Of a DNA stretch of 64,000 nucleotides, positions 9,430 to 20,747 are shown piece by piece. The notes under the pieces were generated by a model, which saw only the letters and a list, made by a program, of their open reading frames with translations, did not search any database and was not told where the DNA came from. The position numbers and the translations under genes were made by a program. The stretch is from an uncultured Acidobacteriaceae bacterium (GTDB lineage: Bacteria > Acidobacteriota > Terriglobia > Terriglobales > Acidobacteriaceae), in contig CAWFOD010000017.1 of NCBI GenBank assembly GCA_963817305.1, positions 357,821-421,820 on the forward strand, in the 5' to 3' direction. The number at the start of each line of letters is the position of its first letter. Within the stretch, counting starts at the first letter, position 1.

Positions 9430-12400
9430 AAGTGAGTCCGATTCAGAGCGCTTCGAGGCCCTCAGCCGCGAGCTTCTGAGTAACGGATTTACCGTGCGCT
9501 TCGAGGCGCGCGGCGCCAGTATGTCCCCTTGCATCCGCAACGGCGAGATTGTGCATGTTACCGCCGTAATCGTGAGCAAATTACGGAAGGGCGATATTGT
9601 ACTTACGAAAGGTCATAGCGGATTCCGGGCTCACCGCCTCGTGCTTCTCGATCATGATAAGAATTTTTTCATTACTCGAGGCGATTGCGGACAGCAAGAC
9701 GATCCTCCGGTGCGCGCCGACCAAATCCTGGGCATTGTTCTCGCCAAAGAAGTGAGGCTTGGAACGAAAATCGTGACCGCGAACTTAAACGGTTTCACCG
9801 GCAAATTGTTGCAGGGGGCTGCTCGTGCGCAATATCTCGCGGGCAAGTTGCTTCGTGCTGCAACTTCGCGCACCTCGAATATCGCGCTGGCTTCACTTTT
9901 ATTGTTGTCGCTCGTCTCCTACTCGCGCGCCCAGGTTGTGATTGACGCTACTACGTCGACCTCGAGCTCTCTGAATGCCCGTGGGGCGCAGGCCATCACA
10001 TTTACGCATACGACCGCCGCCACCACGACTGGACTTTTGATCGTCGGCGTGGCCATGGACACCGTCAATGCGACCACAACGACGGTGAGTTCGGTCACCT
10101 ACAACGCCACCGGACTGAGTTTTCTGGGGGCGAAAAACGATGCCGCCAACAGCCGCCGGGTGGAAATGTGGTACCTGCTCAGCCCAACCGCCGGAACCAA
10201 TCTCAATGTTGTCGTAACGGTGAACATACCCGGAGCTGTAAATGAACGCGTAGGAGTCGTCGCAGGCGCAGTTACTTTCACCGGAGTAAATCAGGCTGTT
10301 CCCGTGGGCCCATTCGTATCCGCAAGTGGCGCAGCCGGTACAGCTTCTTCTGACACCGTACCCAGCGTTCTCAACGGTATGGTCATGGATACTCTGGCAG
10401 TCGCAGAAAATGTGACCGTTACGGTCCCCGGGACTCACACATCCCTCTGGAACGCAAGATCAGGCGCTGTTGTGGCCGGCGACGTGAGGAGCACCGGAAG
10501 CACTGCCCCCGGTTCTCCCAGCGTTTCCATGACCGAAACTTTCAGTGCCGCTTCCAATTGGGCGCAAGGAGCAGTATCCATCAACCCCGCAGCCCAGGTG
10601 ATCGTTGACGCCGCTACGTCAAAGGTGCAGGCAATCAACGGTTCTGGAATACAGACGGTAACCTTCGCTCATACCACGGCCACAACCACCACCGGGCTCT
10701 TGATCGTCGGCGTCGCCATGAACATCGTGAACGCGCCCACAACCACCGTAAGCTCGGTCACGTACAACGGCACGGCACTCCATTTTCTGGGAGCGCACAA
10801 CGATGCAGGCAACACTCGACGCGTCGAGATGTGGTACCTGCTCAGTCCAGCGGCGGGAACCTTTAACATCGTGGTCTCAGTCGACATACCCGGAGGCACC
10901 GCCGAACAAGTTGGCGTGGTAGCTGGTGCCGTGACATTTACCGGAGTCGACCAAACCGTTCCACTGAGTCCCTTTGTCTCTGCGGACGGCGCAAACGGCG
11001 CAAACTCGCAGCTCGATGTTCCCAGCGTGATTAATGGAATGATTCTGGATACGCTTTCGGTCACCGGAAATCAAACCGTCACCGTTCCTGGTCCACAGGT
11101 CTCGGAGTGGAATACAAATACCGGTGGCGGCGCGACGGATGTTCGCAGTTCCGGCAGCGCCCGCACTGGAGCGCCCAGCGTTCCTATATCCGAAACTTTC
11201 AGCGGCACCTCGAACTGGTCGCTTGGTGCCGTGTCCATCAATCCGTCTACCGCCGATATTGCCGTCACCACCAGTGTGGGCAGTGCGGTTTTTCTCGGAC
11301 AAAATACAACCTATAACATCACCGTCTCCAACAATGGCTACTCGGCCGCGAACTCGGTTACCCTCACTGACAGTCTGGCTTCTGGAATGACGCTTGTCTC
11401 TGTCACTCCCAGCGCGGGAACCACCTGCACCGGATCCGGTCCCATTACTTGTACTCTTCCCACTCCGTTTGCCAGCGGGGCCACCGCTACCATTGCGGTG
11501 GTGGAAACTGCCAGCGCCACCGGTTCATTTGCCAATACCGTCACCATCACGGATTCCGGAAGCCCCCCCGATCCCAACACTGGAAACAATTCCTACACAG
11601 CCGTCGCCACGGTGCAGTCAATTTCATGCGCTAGTGTTTCGCAGGCTACAACCGGAACGAACCTCTCCGGAATCTTGAACACTTACTATCCCGGAACCGC
11701 CAGTGTCACCGCCGGAGCCACCTCGATCCCCGTAGGTGCGGCAACCGGCGCTGGGACCGCCATCGCAGCTGGCAATCTTCTGCTGATTATCCAGATGCAG
11801 GATGCCAGCATTGACGACGCCAATACCATCGCTTACGGCAACGGCAGCACCGGCCAGGGATTCACGAATCTGAACAGCGCGGGCGATTATGAGTTCGTTA
11901 CCGCGCAAAACGCGGTTCCCGCAACCGGAGGATCCGTAACCATCACGGGAGCCGGTAGCGGCGGTGGAACGGTTTTCGCTTATCATTCCGCCGCAGTCTC
12001 GGCAAACGCGGGCCAAAGCAAGTATCAGGTGATTGTGGTGCCGCAATATTCCACGGCGTCATTCAACGCAACCACTCCGCCTACTGCACTCGCGTGGAAT
12101 GGTTCAACGGGCGGCGTGCTCGCGCTCGACACTTCCGGCACCCTGACGCTGAATGGAGCCACCATCGCCGTGGATGGTCTGGGCTTCCGCGGCGGTGCGG
12201 GAATGCAATTAACCGGCGGAGCCGGTGCCGCTACAGATTATGAAGCGCCCGCTCCCGCCACCTACACCGGGGCCGCTGGCGGCGAGGCCGGTTACGATGC
12301 CAACAAAGGCGAAGGTATTGCCGGCACACCTGCGTGGGTAGAATCGGGCACAACTTTTCTGCAGACGAATACCGGCTATCCCAGCGGCACTGCGGGCACC

Positions 12401-15400
12401 GATGGCAGCATGGCTCGCGGGGCACCCGGCAACGCAGGCGCCGGAGGCACCGACTCCGATCCCGTCAACAATGATCAGAACGCCGGCGGCGGCGGCGGTG
12501 CCAACGGTGGTGCCGGAGGTTTTGGTGGCGACTCCTGGAACACAAATCTCAGCGTAGGTGGCGAGGGCGGTACGGTTTTTCCCGCCACCATCAACCGCGT
12601 TGCCATGGGCGGCGGTGGTGGCGCGGGAACGCGTAACAATTCCGATGGCGACAATCAAGCCAGCGCTGGCGCGGCTGGCGGCGGCATCATCATTATTCGC
12701 ACCTACGGCCTCAGCGGGACCGGAACTCTCACGGCCAACGGCACTTCCGCTTATAACCTCACCGCCAATGATGCTGGCGGCGGCGGCGGAGCTGGCGGCA
12801 CGATCGTTGTTCTTTCCGCCAACGGCGGCGAGGGCGGTCTCACGCTGCAAGCCAACGGTGGGAATGGTGGTAACGCCTGGCAGGCAGAGCCCTACACTCT
12901 CGCCAATCGTCACGGCCCCGGCGGCGGGGGTGGCGGCGGCGTGGTTCTTATTTCTGGCGCACCGGCAAGTATTAGCCTGAGTGGCGGAGCCAGCGGCCTC
13001 ACTGAAAATCCCGGCGTCCCCTACGGTGCCACCGCTGGAGCGGCCGGCACAAGCGTCACCAACGCTTCCATCACCCAGACTTCCGGCACACAGTCCGGCG
13101 CGCAATGCACCCCCGATATGACGCTCGGCAAGAGCCATGTCGGCAACTTCACTCGCGGATCAACCGCCAGCTACACCATCCCGGTTGAGAACCTGAGCCC
13201 GTACGGCCCGACCAACGGCACCGTAACCGTGAACGATACGATGCCCGTCGGCCTCACTCCTACCAGCGCCACCGGTACCGGATGGTCTTGCTCTATCGCT
13301 TCCCAGACTGTGAGTTGCGTCACCTCCGCAGTTCTTCCGGCAAACAGTTTTTATCCTTCGCTTACCATTAACGCTAATGTTTTGCAGACCGCTCCTTCCG
13401 TCGAAACCAACACGGCGTTAGTAAGCGGCGGCGGTGAAGTGAATCTGGCGAATGACAGCGCTACCGATGTAGCTAACGTAATCTCAACCGCCGACCTCAG
13501 CATCGCCAATGCAGCCTCGCCAAATCCCGTGGCCGCGGGCAGCAACATCACTTATACGCAGGTAGTCACCAATAATGGTCCCAGCGCCGCCGACAACGCC
13601 TCGCTGGTGGAAGCGGTTCCCAACAACACTACGTTTGTTTCCATGGCAATACCTGCTGGCTGGAGTTGCACCACCCCAGCCGTTGGCAGCACCGGCAACG
13701 TGGTCTGTACGGATCTGAATATGGCGGGCAGCACAGCCGCCACTTTCTCGCTGGTCACCAAAGTAAATACCGGCACTGCCAACGGCACCGTAATTACCGA
13801 TACTGCGAATGTAAGTTCTTCAGTGAGCGATCCAAATTCGGCCAACAACACCGCTTCGGCTTCCACCATCGTAGGCACCGCTGCCGGAGCTCAGCTGGTT
13901 GTCACCAATGCCGCATCGCCAAACGGAGTTGCTCCCGGCGGCAACATTACTTATACGCAGGTAATTACGAATGTCGGCTCCCTCACAGCCACCGCGGCAA
14001 CTTTTACTGAGTCGACCGTGCCGGCGGCTGATGTGACGTATGTTTCCATCTCAACCGCCGCTGCCCCGGGTTGGACTTGCACTGCTCCCCCGGTAAGCTG
14101 CACCAATCCCAGCGTGGCCCCGGGTGCAACCGGCACCATCACGGCCGTTTACAAAGTGAATGCCACAACGCCGGTTGGGACGACCATCACCAATACTGCA
14201 ACGGTGAATGCCGGAAACCAGACAGGCGGCGCAAACTCTGCGATCGCAACCGACACAGTGACCGCAACCACTTCGCAAGCTGATCTTGCTCTCTCCACTG
14301 CCGCAACCCCGCTCTCGGTTTTTGCCGGCAATGATATTACTTACGTCCAGACCATTACGAACAGCGGCCCGGCGGCTGCCACAAGCGTGAGCTTCCTCGA
14401 GGCGGTGCCCACCAACACTACTTTCGCTTCCGTCTCGGCTCCCGCTGGTTGGAACTGCACTACGCCCGCCGTGGGCGCAACCGGAAATATAACCTGCACC
14501 GATACCAGCATGGCGGCCACGACATCCGCGTCCATCGTCGTCGTCGTCAACGTTCCCTCGAGTGTTACTGCTGCTGCGATCGCAGCGACCTCTTCGGTTT
14601 CCGCGACCAACGCACTCACCATCACCACCAACACCAGCACCCCTGTCACGGTCGCCTGCGACCTGGCGGTCAGCAACAGCGGCACACCCAGTCCCGTCGC
14701 CGCTGGAGCCACCATCACCTACACCCAGGTTGTGACGAACACTGGCCCGAGTAATTGCGCCAACGTGACTTTCAATGAAGCGATCCCCGCAAACACCACC
14801 TTCACGTCTTATGGCGGAGCTCCCGCTGGATGGACTTGCACCTCCTTCGCCACGGGTTGTACCAACCCCAGCTTCGCGCCCGGATCAATCAGCACCTTTA
14901 CCGTGGTCGTGACTGTGAACGCGGGCACTCCTGCAGGAACCATCATTACCGACACTGACACAGTTACCACCACATCCCGCGACACCAACACCAGCAATAA
15001 TTCCGCCACCGTTAACATCCCGGTAGCCAGCGCCACGCAGGCCGATCTCAGTGTTTCGAATTCCGCCAGTCCGAATCCCGTCTCGGCTGGAAACAACATC
15101 ACCTATACGCAGACCGTCGTGAATACCGGACCTGCGAGCGCCAGCACCATCACGCTCTCTGAAAGTCTGCCCGCGAACACTACGGCAGTGTCGCTGACCG
15201 GACCGGGTGGCTGGACTTGCACGGTGGGAACACTGACCTGCACGATCTCAACTTTAGGTGTCACCACTGCAAACTTCACATTCGTCGTGAAGGTGAACAA
15301 CAACGCAACCTCCGGCTCTACGATCACGCAAACCGATACAGTCACTTCCGCCAGCGATCCGAATCCCGGCAACAATAGCGCCTCGGCCAGCGTGCTCGTG

Positions 15401-18400
15401 GCCGGTTCGGCTGATCTCTCCGTTACGAATACCGCGAGCCCGGTGCCCGTGGTAGCGGGCAACAACATCACTTACACGCAAGTTGTGACCAACGCTGGAC
15501 CAAGCATCGCGGCCGGCGCCAGCTTTACCCAGACTACGCCGGCGAATACGACATTCTTTTCCATCGGCACTCTGCCTGCCGGATGGTCCTGCAGCACTCC
15601 CGCAGTCGGGAGCGCAGGGACCATCAACTGCACCAATCCCAGTTTTGCTCCGGGCTCAGCCAGCTTTACGGTCGCGCTTGCAGTAACCGCCGGAACCGCC
15701 GCCGGAACGGCCATCAAGGATATCGCTTCCGCAAGCTCATCAACGTCCGATCCCAATCCCGCGAACAATACTGCAATCGCCACCGACGTCGTCGCTCTCG
15801 CCACTCAAGCCGACTTAATCGTAACCAATACCGCGACGCCAACCTCAGTCGCCGCGGGAAACAACATCACCTACACGCAGAGCGTCACCAATAATGGTCC
15901 GGCTGCGGCAACCACCGTAAGCTTTACGCAAAGCACGCCACCGAATACCACCTTCCAATCCATCACCGCTCCCGGCTGGACATGCACCACTCCCGCCATC
16001 GGAGCCACGGGCACGATTACTTGTACTGTTGCCACGCTGGCACTCAATGCAAGCGCCAGCTTCACGTTAGTTCTGCAGGTAAATGCTGGAACCGCATCCG
16101 GCACAAACATTGCCGATACCGCGACGGCCACTTCTTCGAACATTGTTCCCAGCATCACCAGCAACACCGCGGTGGCAGCGGTTGTCGTGGCCAATGCAAA
16201 CAGCGCCAGTATCTCGATCGTGAAGACAGCCATGCCCACCCCCACCGTCCCCGAGGGCGATACGCTCACTTACACGATCGCCATAACCAATAATGGTCCG
16301 TCGTCCGCAACCAATGTAACCGTGACTGACCCGCTGCCAACGGATGTAACTTATCTCTCTTCCACCACCAGTGCCGGCACCTGCTCGGAAGCTGGTGGAA
16401 CCGTAACCTGTTTGCTGGGGACCATGGCCAATGGCGGCACCGCCACAATAACCATCCTCACCCTGGCCGGCGCGCCAGGAATCGCTACCAACACGGCGAG
16501 CGTGGTCGCAGATCAAATGACCACTCCGAATACATCTACGCAGATCGAGACCATCACCGCCGCCACTAGCATCAAGCTGGAATCATTCATTGCGCAGACT
16601 GGCCAGGATAAAACCGGCGCACACCGCGTCGTGCTCCTTTGGAAAACGGGCACGGAAGTGCACAACCTCGGCTTCAACATTTACCGCGAACAAGGCGGCG
16701 AGCGCGTTCGCCTGAATTCTTCCCTCATCGCCGGCTCGGCGCTGCTCATGAAAGGAGCCCTCCCCAAACATTCCGGCCGCACTTACACCTGGATCGATTC
16801 TTCTCCCGCCGCTGGCAGCGCTCCCTATTGGCTCGAAGACGTGGACGTGAACGGGACGCGTGTTCTTCACGGCCCGGTTTCCGCCACCGCATCCGGACTC
16901 TCCCAGATCGCCAGCAATGCCAAGGCAACTCCGAGTGTGATGTTGAATCATCTCAACCAGAGCCAGCCCGCAGCCTCCGTCGATGGATCCAGCCATCGCG
17001 TCGAAAACACTTCGCAGAATTCTTCTCCCGCTACTTCGCCTACTGCCGCGCAACAGCAGAAGCAGTTCGCTCTTGCGGCACACTCCGCGATCAAGATTTA
17101 TGTAAAGCACGAAGGCTGGTATTGCTTGGCGCAACCGCAACTTGTGGCTGCCGGCCTCAGCCCCAATGTCGATCCCGCTTATCTCCATCTTTATGCCGAA
17201 GCCATCGAGCAACCTGTGCAGATCACGGGAACCACCGCCGGTCTCCGAGGCTTTGGCCCGCAAGCTGCGATCTGTTTCTATGGCACGGGCATCGACACGC
17301 AATATTCCGGAACCAGAGTTTACTTCCTCGTCACGGAAGATTCGAAAGGGGCGCGCATTCACGACCTGCCCGTTTCAACGGGCTCGAATCAAGCTCCCGC
17401 AAGCTTTCCCCTTTACCGTGGAACTCGCGCCTCGTACAACTTATTACTCGGCCCTGACTAGCGCGAATGGTTACAATTTCTTCGGGCCACTCGTCTCCTC
17501 CACAGCCGTCGATGAGACCATTCAGGTTCCCCATCTTGATTCCACATCCACGGAATCCGCAAAGTTAGATGTGATTCTGCAAGGCGTGATTCTTGGCGTT
17601 CCTCACGACGTCACCGTCACGCTGAACGGCGCCTCGCTCGGCGACGTCACCTTTACCGGCGAAGCAAAAGGCACGCTCGATTTGACTTTGCCGCCGGGTG
17701 TTTTACAAGAAGGCGCCAACACGATCACACTCACGTCGCAAAACGGTGAATACGATTACAGCTTGCTGCAGTCGATCCGGATCACCTATCCGCATACCTA
17801 TGCCGCCGATTCGAACGAATTAACTTTCACCGGCCGCGCCGGGGATGAACTCAAACTCATCGGCTTCACGCAATCATCGGTCGTCGTGGTCGACATAACC
17901 GATCCCAACCAACCCGTACAACTTACGCCTCAGGTAACAACGGATCCGAAATCCGAAACCTATACAGCTGCGATACAGGTGCCATGGTCCACCACAAATC
18001 CATCCGCCCCGGCCCAGCACACGCTGATGGCTGTCGTTGGTGCCACCATCGCTTCGCCGGCAGGAATCCGTCAGAATCATCCATCACGCTGGTATAGCGC
18101 TCAATCCGGCAGCGAAATTGTAATGGTGACGTCTGACGACTTCGCCGGTGCTCTCGGTCCACTAAAACGCGCGCATGAAGCCTTGGGCAAGTCATCCGCG
18201 CTCGTGTCGGTCGACGATCTTTACGACGAATTCACTTTTGGTCAGCACAGTCCGGCTGCCATTCGCGCCTTCCTGCAAAATGCCGTTACAGCATGGCATA
18301 CTGCGCCCCATTATCTATTGCTGAATGGCCGCGCCTCGTTTGATCCGCGGAATTATCTCGGCTTTGGACATCTCGACTTCGTTCCCACTCAAATCATCGC

Positions 18401-19163
18401 CACGGCCGGCATGATGACCGCCTCTGACGATTGGTTCTCCGATTTCAACAACACCGGCATTCCGACCATCGCCACCGGGCGCCTGCCCGTGAGCACCTCC
18501 GCGGAAGCCCAGTTGGTAGCCGGAAAGATCGCCACCTACGAAGGCCAATCCACAAATGGTCCCTGGACCGCGCAGGCCCTCATGGTCGCCGATACGAACG
18601 ACACCGAAAACTTCACTACAGATAGCCAGCTCGCGCAGGCGCAGCTGCCTGCTTCAATGCAAGTAACGGATGTTTTCCTCACCACCACCTCCGTCCCCGA
18701 TGCCCAGCAGACAATTCTCACCTCCATCAACTCTGGTCAGTTGTTGGTGAATTACTCGGGCCACGGTTCTGAGGATGAATGGTCAGGAGAAAATCTTTTC
18801 AACAGCACCGAGGCGAGCACTTTGACCAACGGCTCTTCCTTGCCCGTCTTCCTCATCATGAATTGCCTGAATGGATTCTTTCAGGATGTTTACGAAGACC
18901 CGCTGGCAGTTTCTCTCATGCTCGCGCCCGACGGCGGTGCCGTTGCGGTTCTTGCTTCCAGCGGACTCAACCAGGCTCCGCCGCAAACCACTCTCGACAA
19001 ATTAGTGGTGCAGGCCGCCATGGGCCCATCGCGCCTGCCATTAGGCGATGCGATCATTAAAGCGAAGTCTGGCATCACCGACCTCGCCGTGCGCAAAACC
19101 TACAACCTGCTCGGAGACCCGGTGATGCAAATCAAGCCCCCGGTCTCGACTCACAAGCACTGA
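9422..19163 (+). CDS. giant surface protein: N-terminal S24/S26-type Ser peptidase domain, TM segment, two ~215-aa repeats, Gly-rich region, ~10 DUF11 repeats, C-terminal C25 (gingipain-like) peptidase domain; 1-nt insertion near 17408-17411 as sequenced
   Basis: ORF 9422-17461 (2679 aa) plus ORF 17142-19163. N-terminal motifs: GASMSPCIRNGEIVHV, FRAHRLV, ITRGDCGQQDDP. Hydrophobic IALASLLLLSLVSY follows. DUF11 units repeat ADLS..SPNPV.AGNNITYTQ.V.N.GPS...GW.CT. The C25 domain shows VNYSGHGSEDEWSG and FLIMNCLNGFF. Skipping one base of the cccc run joins ..SNQAPASFP to FTVELAPRTTYYSAL.. Confidence 0.75.
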
Positions 19164-19189
19164 CGAACAAGCGCTAACCAGTTCAGAAC

Positions 19190-20218
19190 TTAAGCCCGCG
19201 CCATATCCGCAACCACGGCCGCTCGCCGCAGAGGTTCGGCGATCGCCTTCATTACTTTCTCAAATCCCGCGAAGTCGAGCGATTGCGCTCCATCGGAGAG
19301 CGCCCGCTCCGGGCAGGGATGCACTTCGATAATCAATCCGTCGGCTCCCACCGCAACCGCTGCCCGTGACACCGCTGCGATTAGACTCTGCTTCCCGGTT
19401 CCATGCGAAGGATCGGCGATCACCGGCAAGTGCGAAAGATCCCGAGCCAGCGCCACTGCCGCCAGATCGAATGTGTTCCGCATCTCCGTTTCGAATGTCT
19501 TAATCCCGCGCTCGCAAAGCACGACTTCACTATTTCCTCCGGAAAGCAAATATTCCGCCGCCAGCAGCCACTCTTTTACCGTGGCCGACGGACCGCGCTT
19601 CAAGAGGATCGGCTTCTTGATTGTCGCCAGTCTCCGCAATAGCGCAAAGTTCTGCATATTCCGCGCTCCCACCTGCAGCATGTCCACGTACTCGCAGATG
19701 ATGTCCACATCCTCCGTGCTCATCACTTCGGTGACCACCGGAAGCCCAGACTCCTCGCGCGCTTCGCGGAGAATCTTCAGCGCCTCCACTCCCAATCCTT
19801 GAAAGTCGTAAGGTGACGTTCGCGGCTTGTAGGCCCCGCCCCGCAGCATTGTCGCTCCCGCCCGTTTTACGGCATGCGCCGTATCCAGCAACTGCTCGCG
19901 AGACTCCACCGAGCACGGCCCCGCAATAATCACCACTCCCGGCCCGCCGATGCTCACGCCGCCCACGTTCACCACCGTGCCCTCTGGCTTTACCTGCCGG
20001 CTCACCAGCTTGAAGGGCTGTGCAATGGCGACTACATTCTCCACTCCGCCCGCTACCGCAAGGGCTTCGATTTCGTGGCGTCGTCCATTCCCCACCGCGG
20101 CCACGATCGTCCGCTCCACGCCGCGTGTGACGTGCGGTTGATAGCCCGCCTCGCGAATGCGCTCAATTACGTGAGCAATCTGCTGCTCGGTGGCTTTCTC
20201 TGACATGTTCACAATCAT
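19190..20218 (-). CDS. aroF: 3-deoxy-7-phosphoheptulonate (DAHP) synthase, type I-beta with N-terminal regulatory domain
   Basis: ORF 19190-20251. The start [26 protein letters not shown] at 20218 is preceded by GAGGAGG. Also [20 protein letters not shown] and DPSHGTG motifs. Confidence 0.85.
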   Translation of the reverse strand: MIVNMSEKATEQQIAHVIERIREAGYQPHVTRGVERTIVAAVGNGRRHEIEALAVAGGVENVVAIAQPFKLVSRQVKPEGTVVNVGGVSIGGPGVVIIAGPCSVESREQLLDTAHAVKRAGATMLRGGAYKPRTSPYDFQGLGVEALKILREAREESGLPVVTEVMSTEDVDIICEYVDMLQVGARNMQNFALLRRLATIKKPILLKRGPSATVKEWLLAAEYLLSGGNSEVVLCERGIKTFETEMRNTFDLAAVALARDLSHLPVIADPSHGTGKQSLIAAVSRAAVAVGADGLIIEVHPCPERALSDGAQSLDFAGFEKVMKAIAEPLRRAAVVADMARA

Positions 20219-20242
20219 CGGTCTGCCCTCCTCAGGATTTGC

Positions 20243-20282
20243 CAAAAGCAAAGGCCGCGATCCTTGGATCGCGGCCTTTGGC
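20243..20282 (-). terminator. rho-independent terminator (minus strand)
   Basis: Minus strand reads AAAGGCCGCGATCC-AAG-GATCGCGGCCTTT followed by GCTTTTGG. It lies downstream of the flp gene and directly upstream of aroF. Confidence 0.55.
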
Positions 20283-20457
20283 TGAACTCGCTTGAATCTA
20301 GTCGATTATCGATGACTCGATCTTCTCGCAAGCCCCGCCGCAGCCGCTACCCTGGTAAACCAGTAGTAGCGAAACTGCCCGGTAAACGAGATAAATCGTG
20401 TCATGAAGAAAACCTGTTTGTGCTTAAGACGGTACCTGCGACGCTAAATTCGCCGCC

Positions 20458-20622
20458 CTATTGAATCGAGCTGGCAGTATTGGAGAATACGTTGTTGGCA
20501 TTAGATCCGATCAGACGAATCGTGCCCACCACCAGGACCAGAATCACCGCCAGCATCACTGCATACTCGGCGATGTCCTGCCCCGCATCTTCTACCCATA
20601 ATCTGCTGATCATTTCGGACAT
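20458..20622 (-). CDS. flp: Flp family type IVb pilin
   Basis: Below the ORF-track cutoff. Encodes MSEMISRLWVEDAGQDIAEYAVMLAVILVLVVGTIRLIGSNANNVFSNTASSIQ, with the Flp signature G/QxxxEY followed by a hydrophobic helix. GGAGGG RBS upstream. Confidence 0.8.
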   Translation of the reverse strand: MSEMISRLWVEDAGQDIAEYAVMLAVILVLVVGTIRLIGSNANNVFSNTASSIQ

Positions 20623-20747
20623 ACTTGCCCTCCAACTCGAAACGTCTCTTGCCGCCGGATGAGAAAAACAGTGGACCCATAATGCCGTAGCCCGCCGCGC
20701 TTGTCAAACCAAACTATTCGAGATTTCCACAAGTAATGCACCTGCAG

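Noticed and set aside
9422-9950. Separate ~170-aa S24/S26 peptidase gene upstream of the giant adhesin
   Set aside because: As sequenced there is no stop codon between the peptidase domain and the hydrophobic segment, so I report one ORF. Given the indel rate in this window, a lost stop or frame error cannot be excluded.
20306-20404. 32-codon minus-strand ORF between flp and its terminator
   Set aside because: There is no recognisable RBS or motif, and the Arg-rich tail looks like noncoding translation. It is mentioned only within the flp finding.
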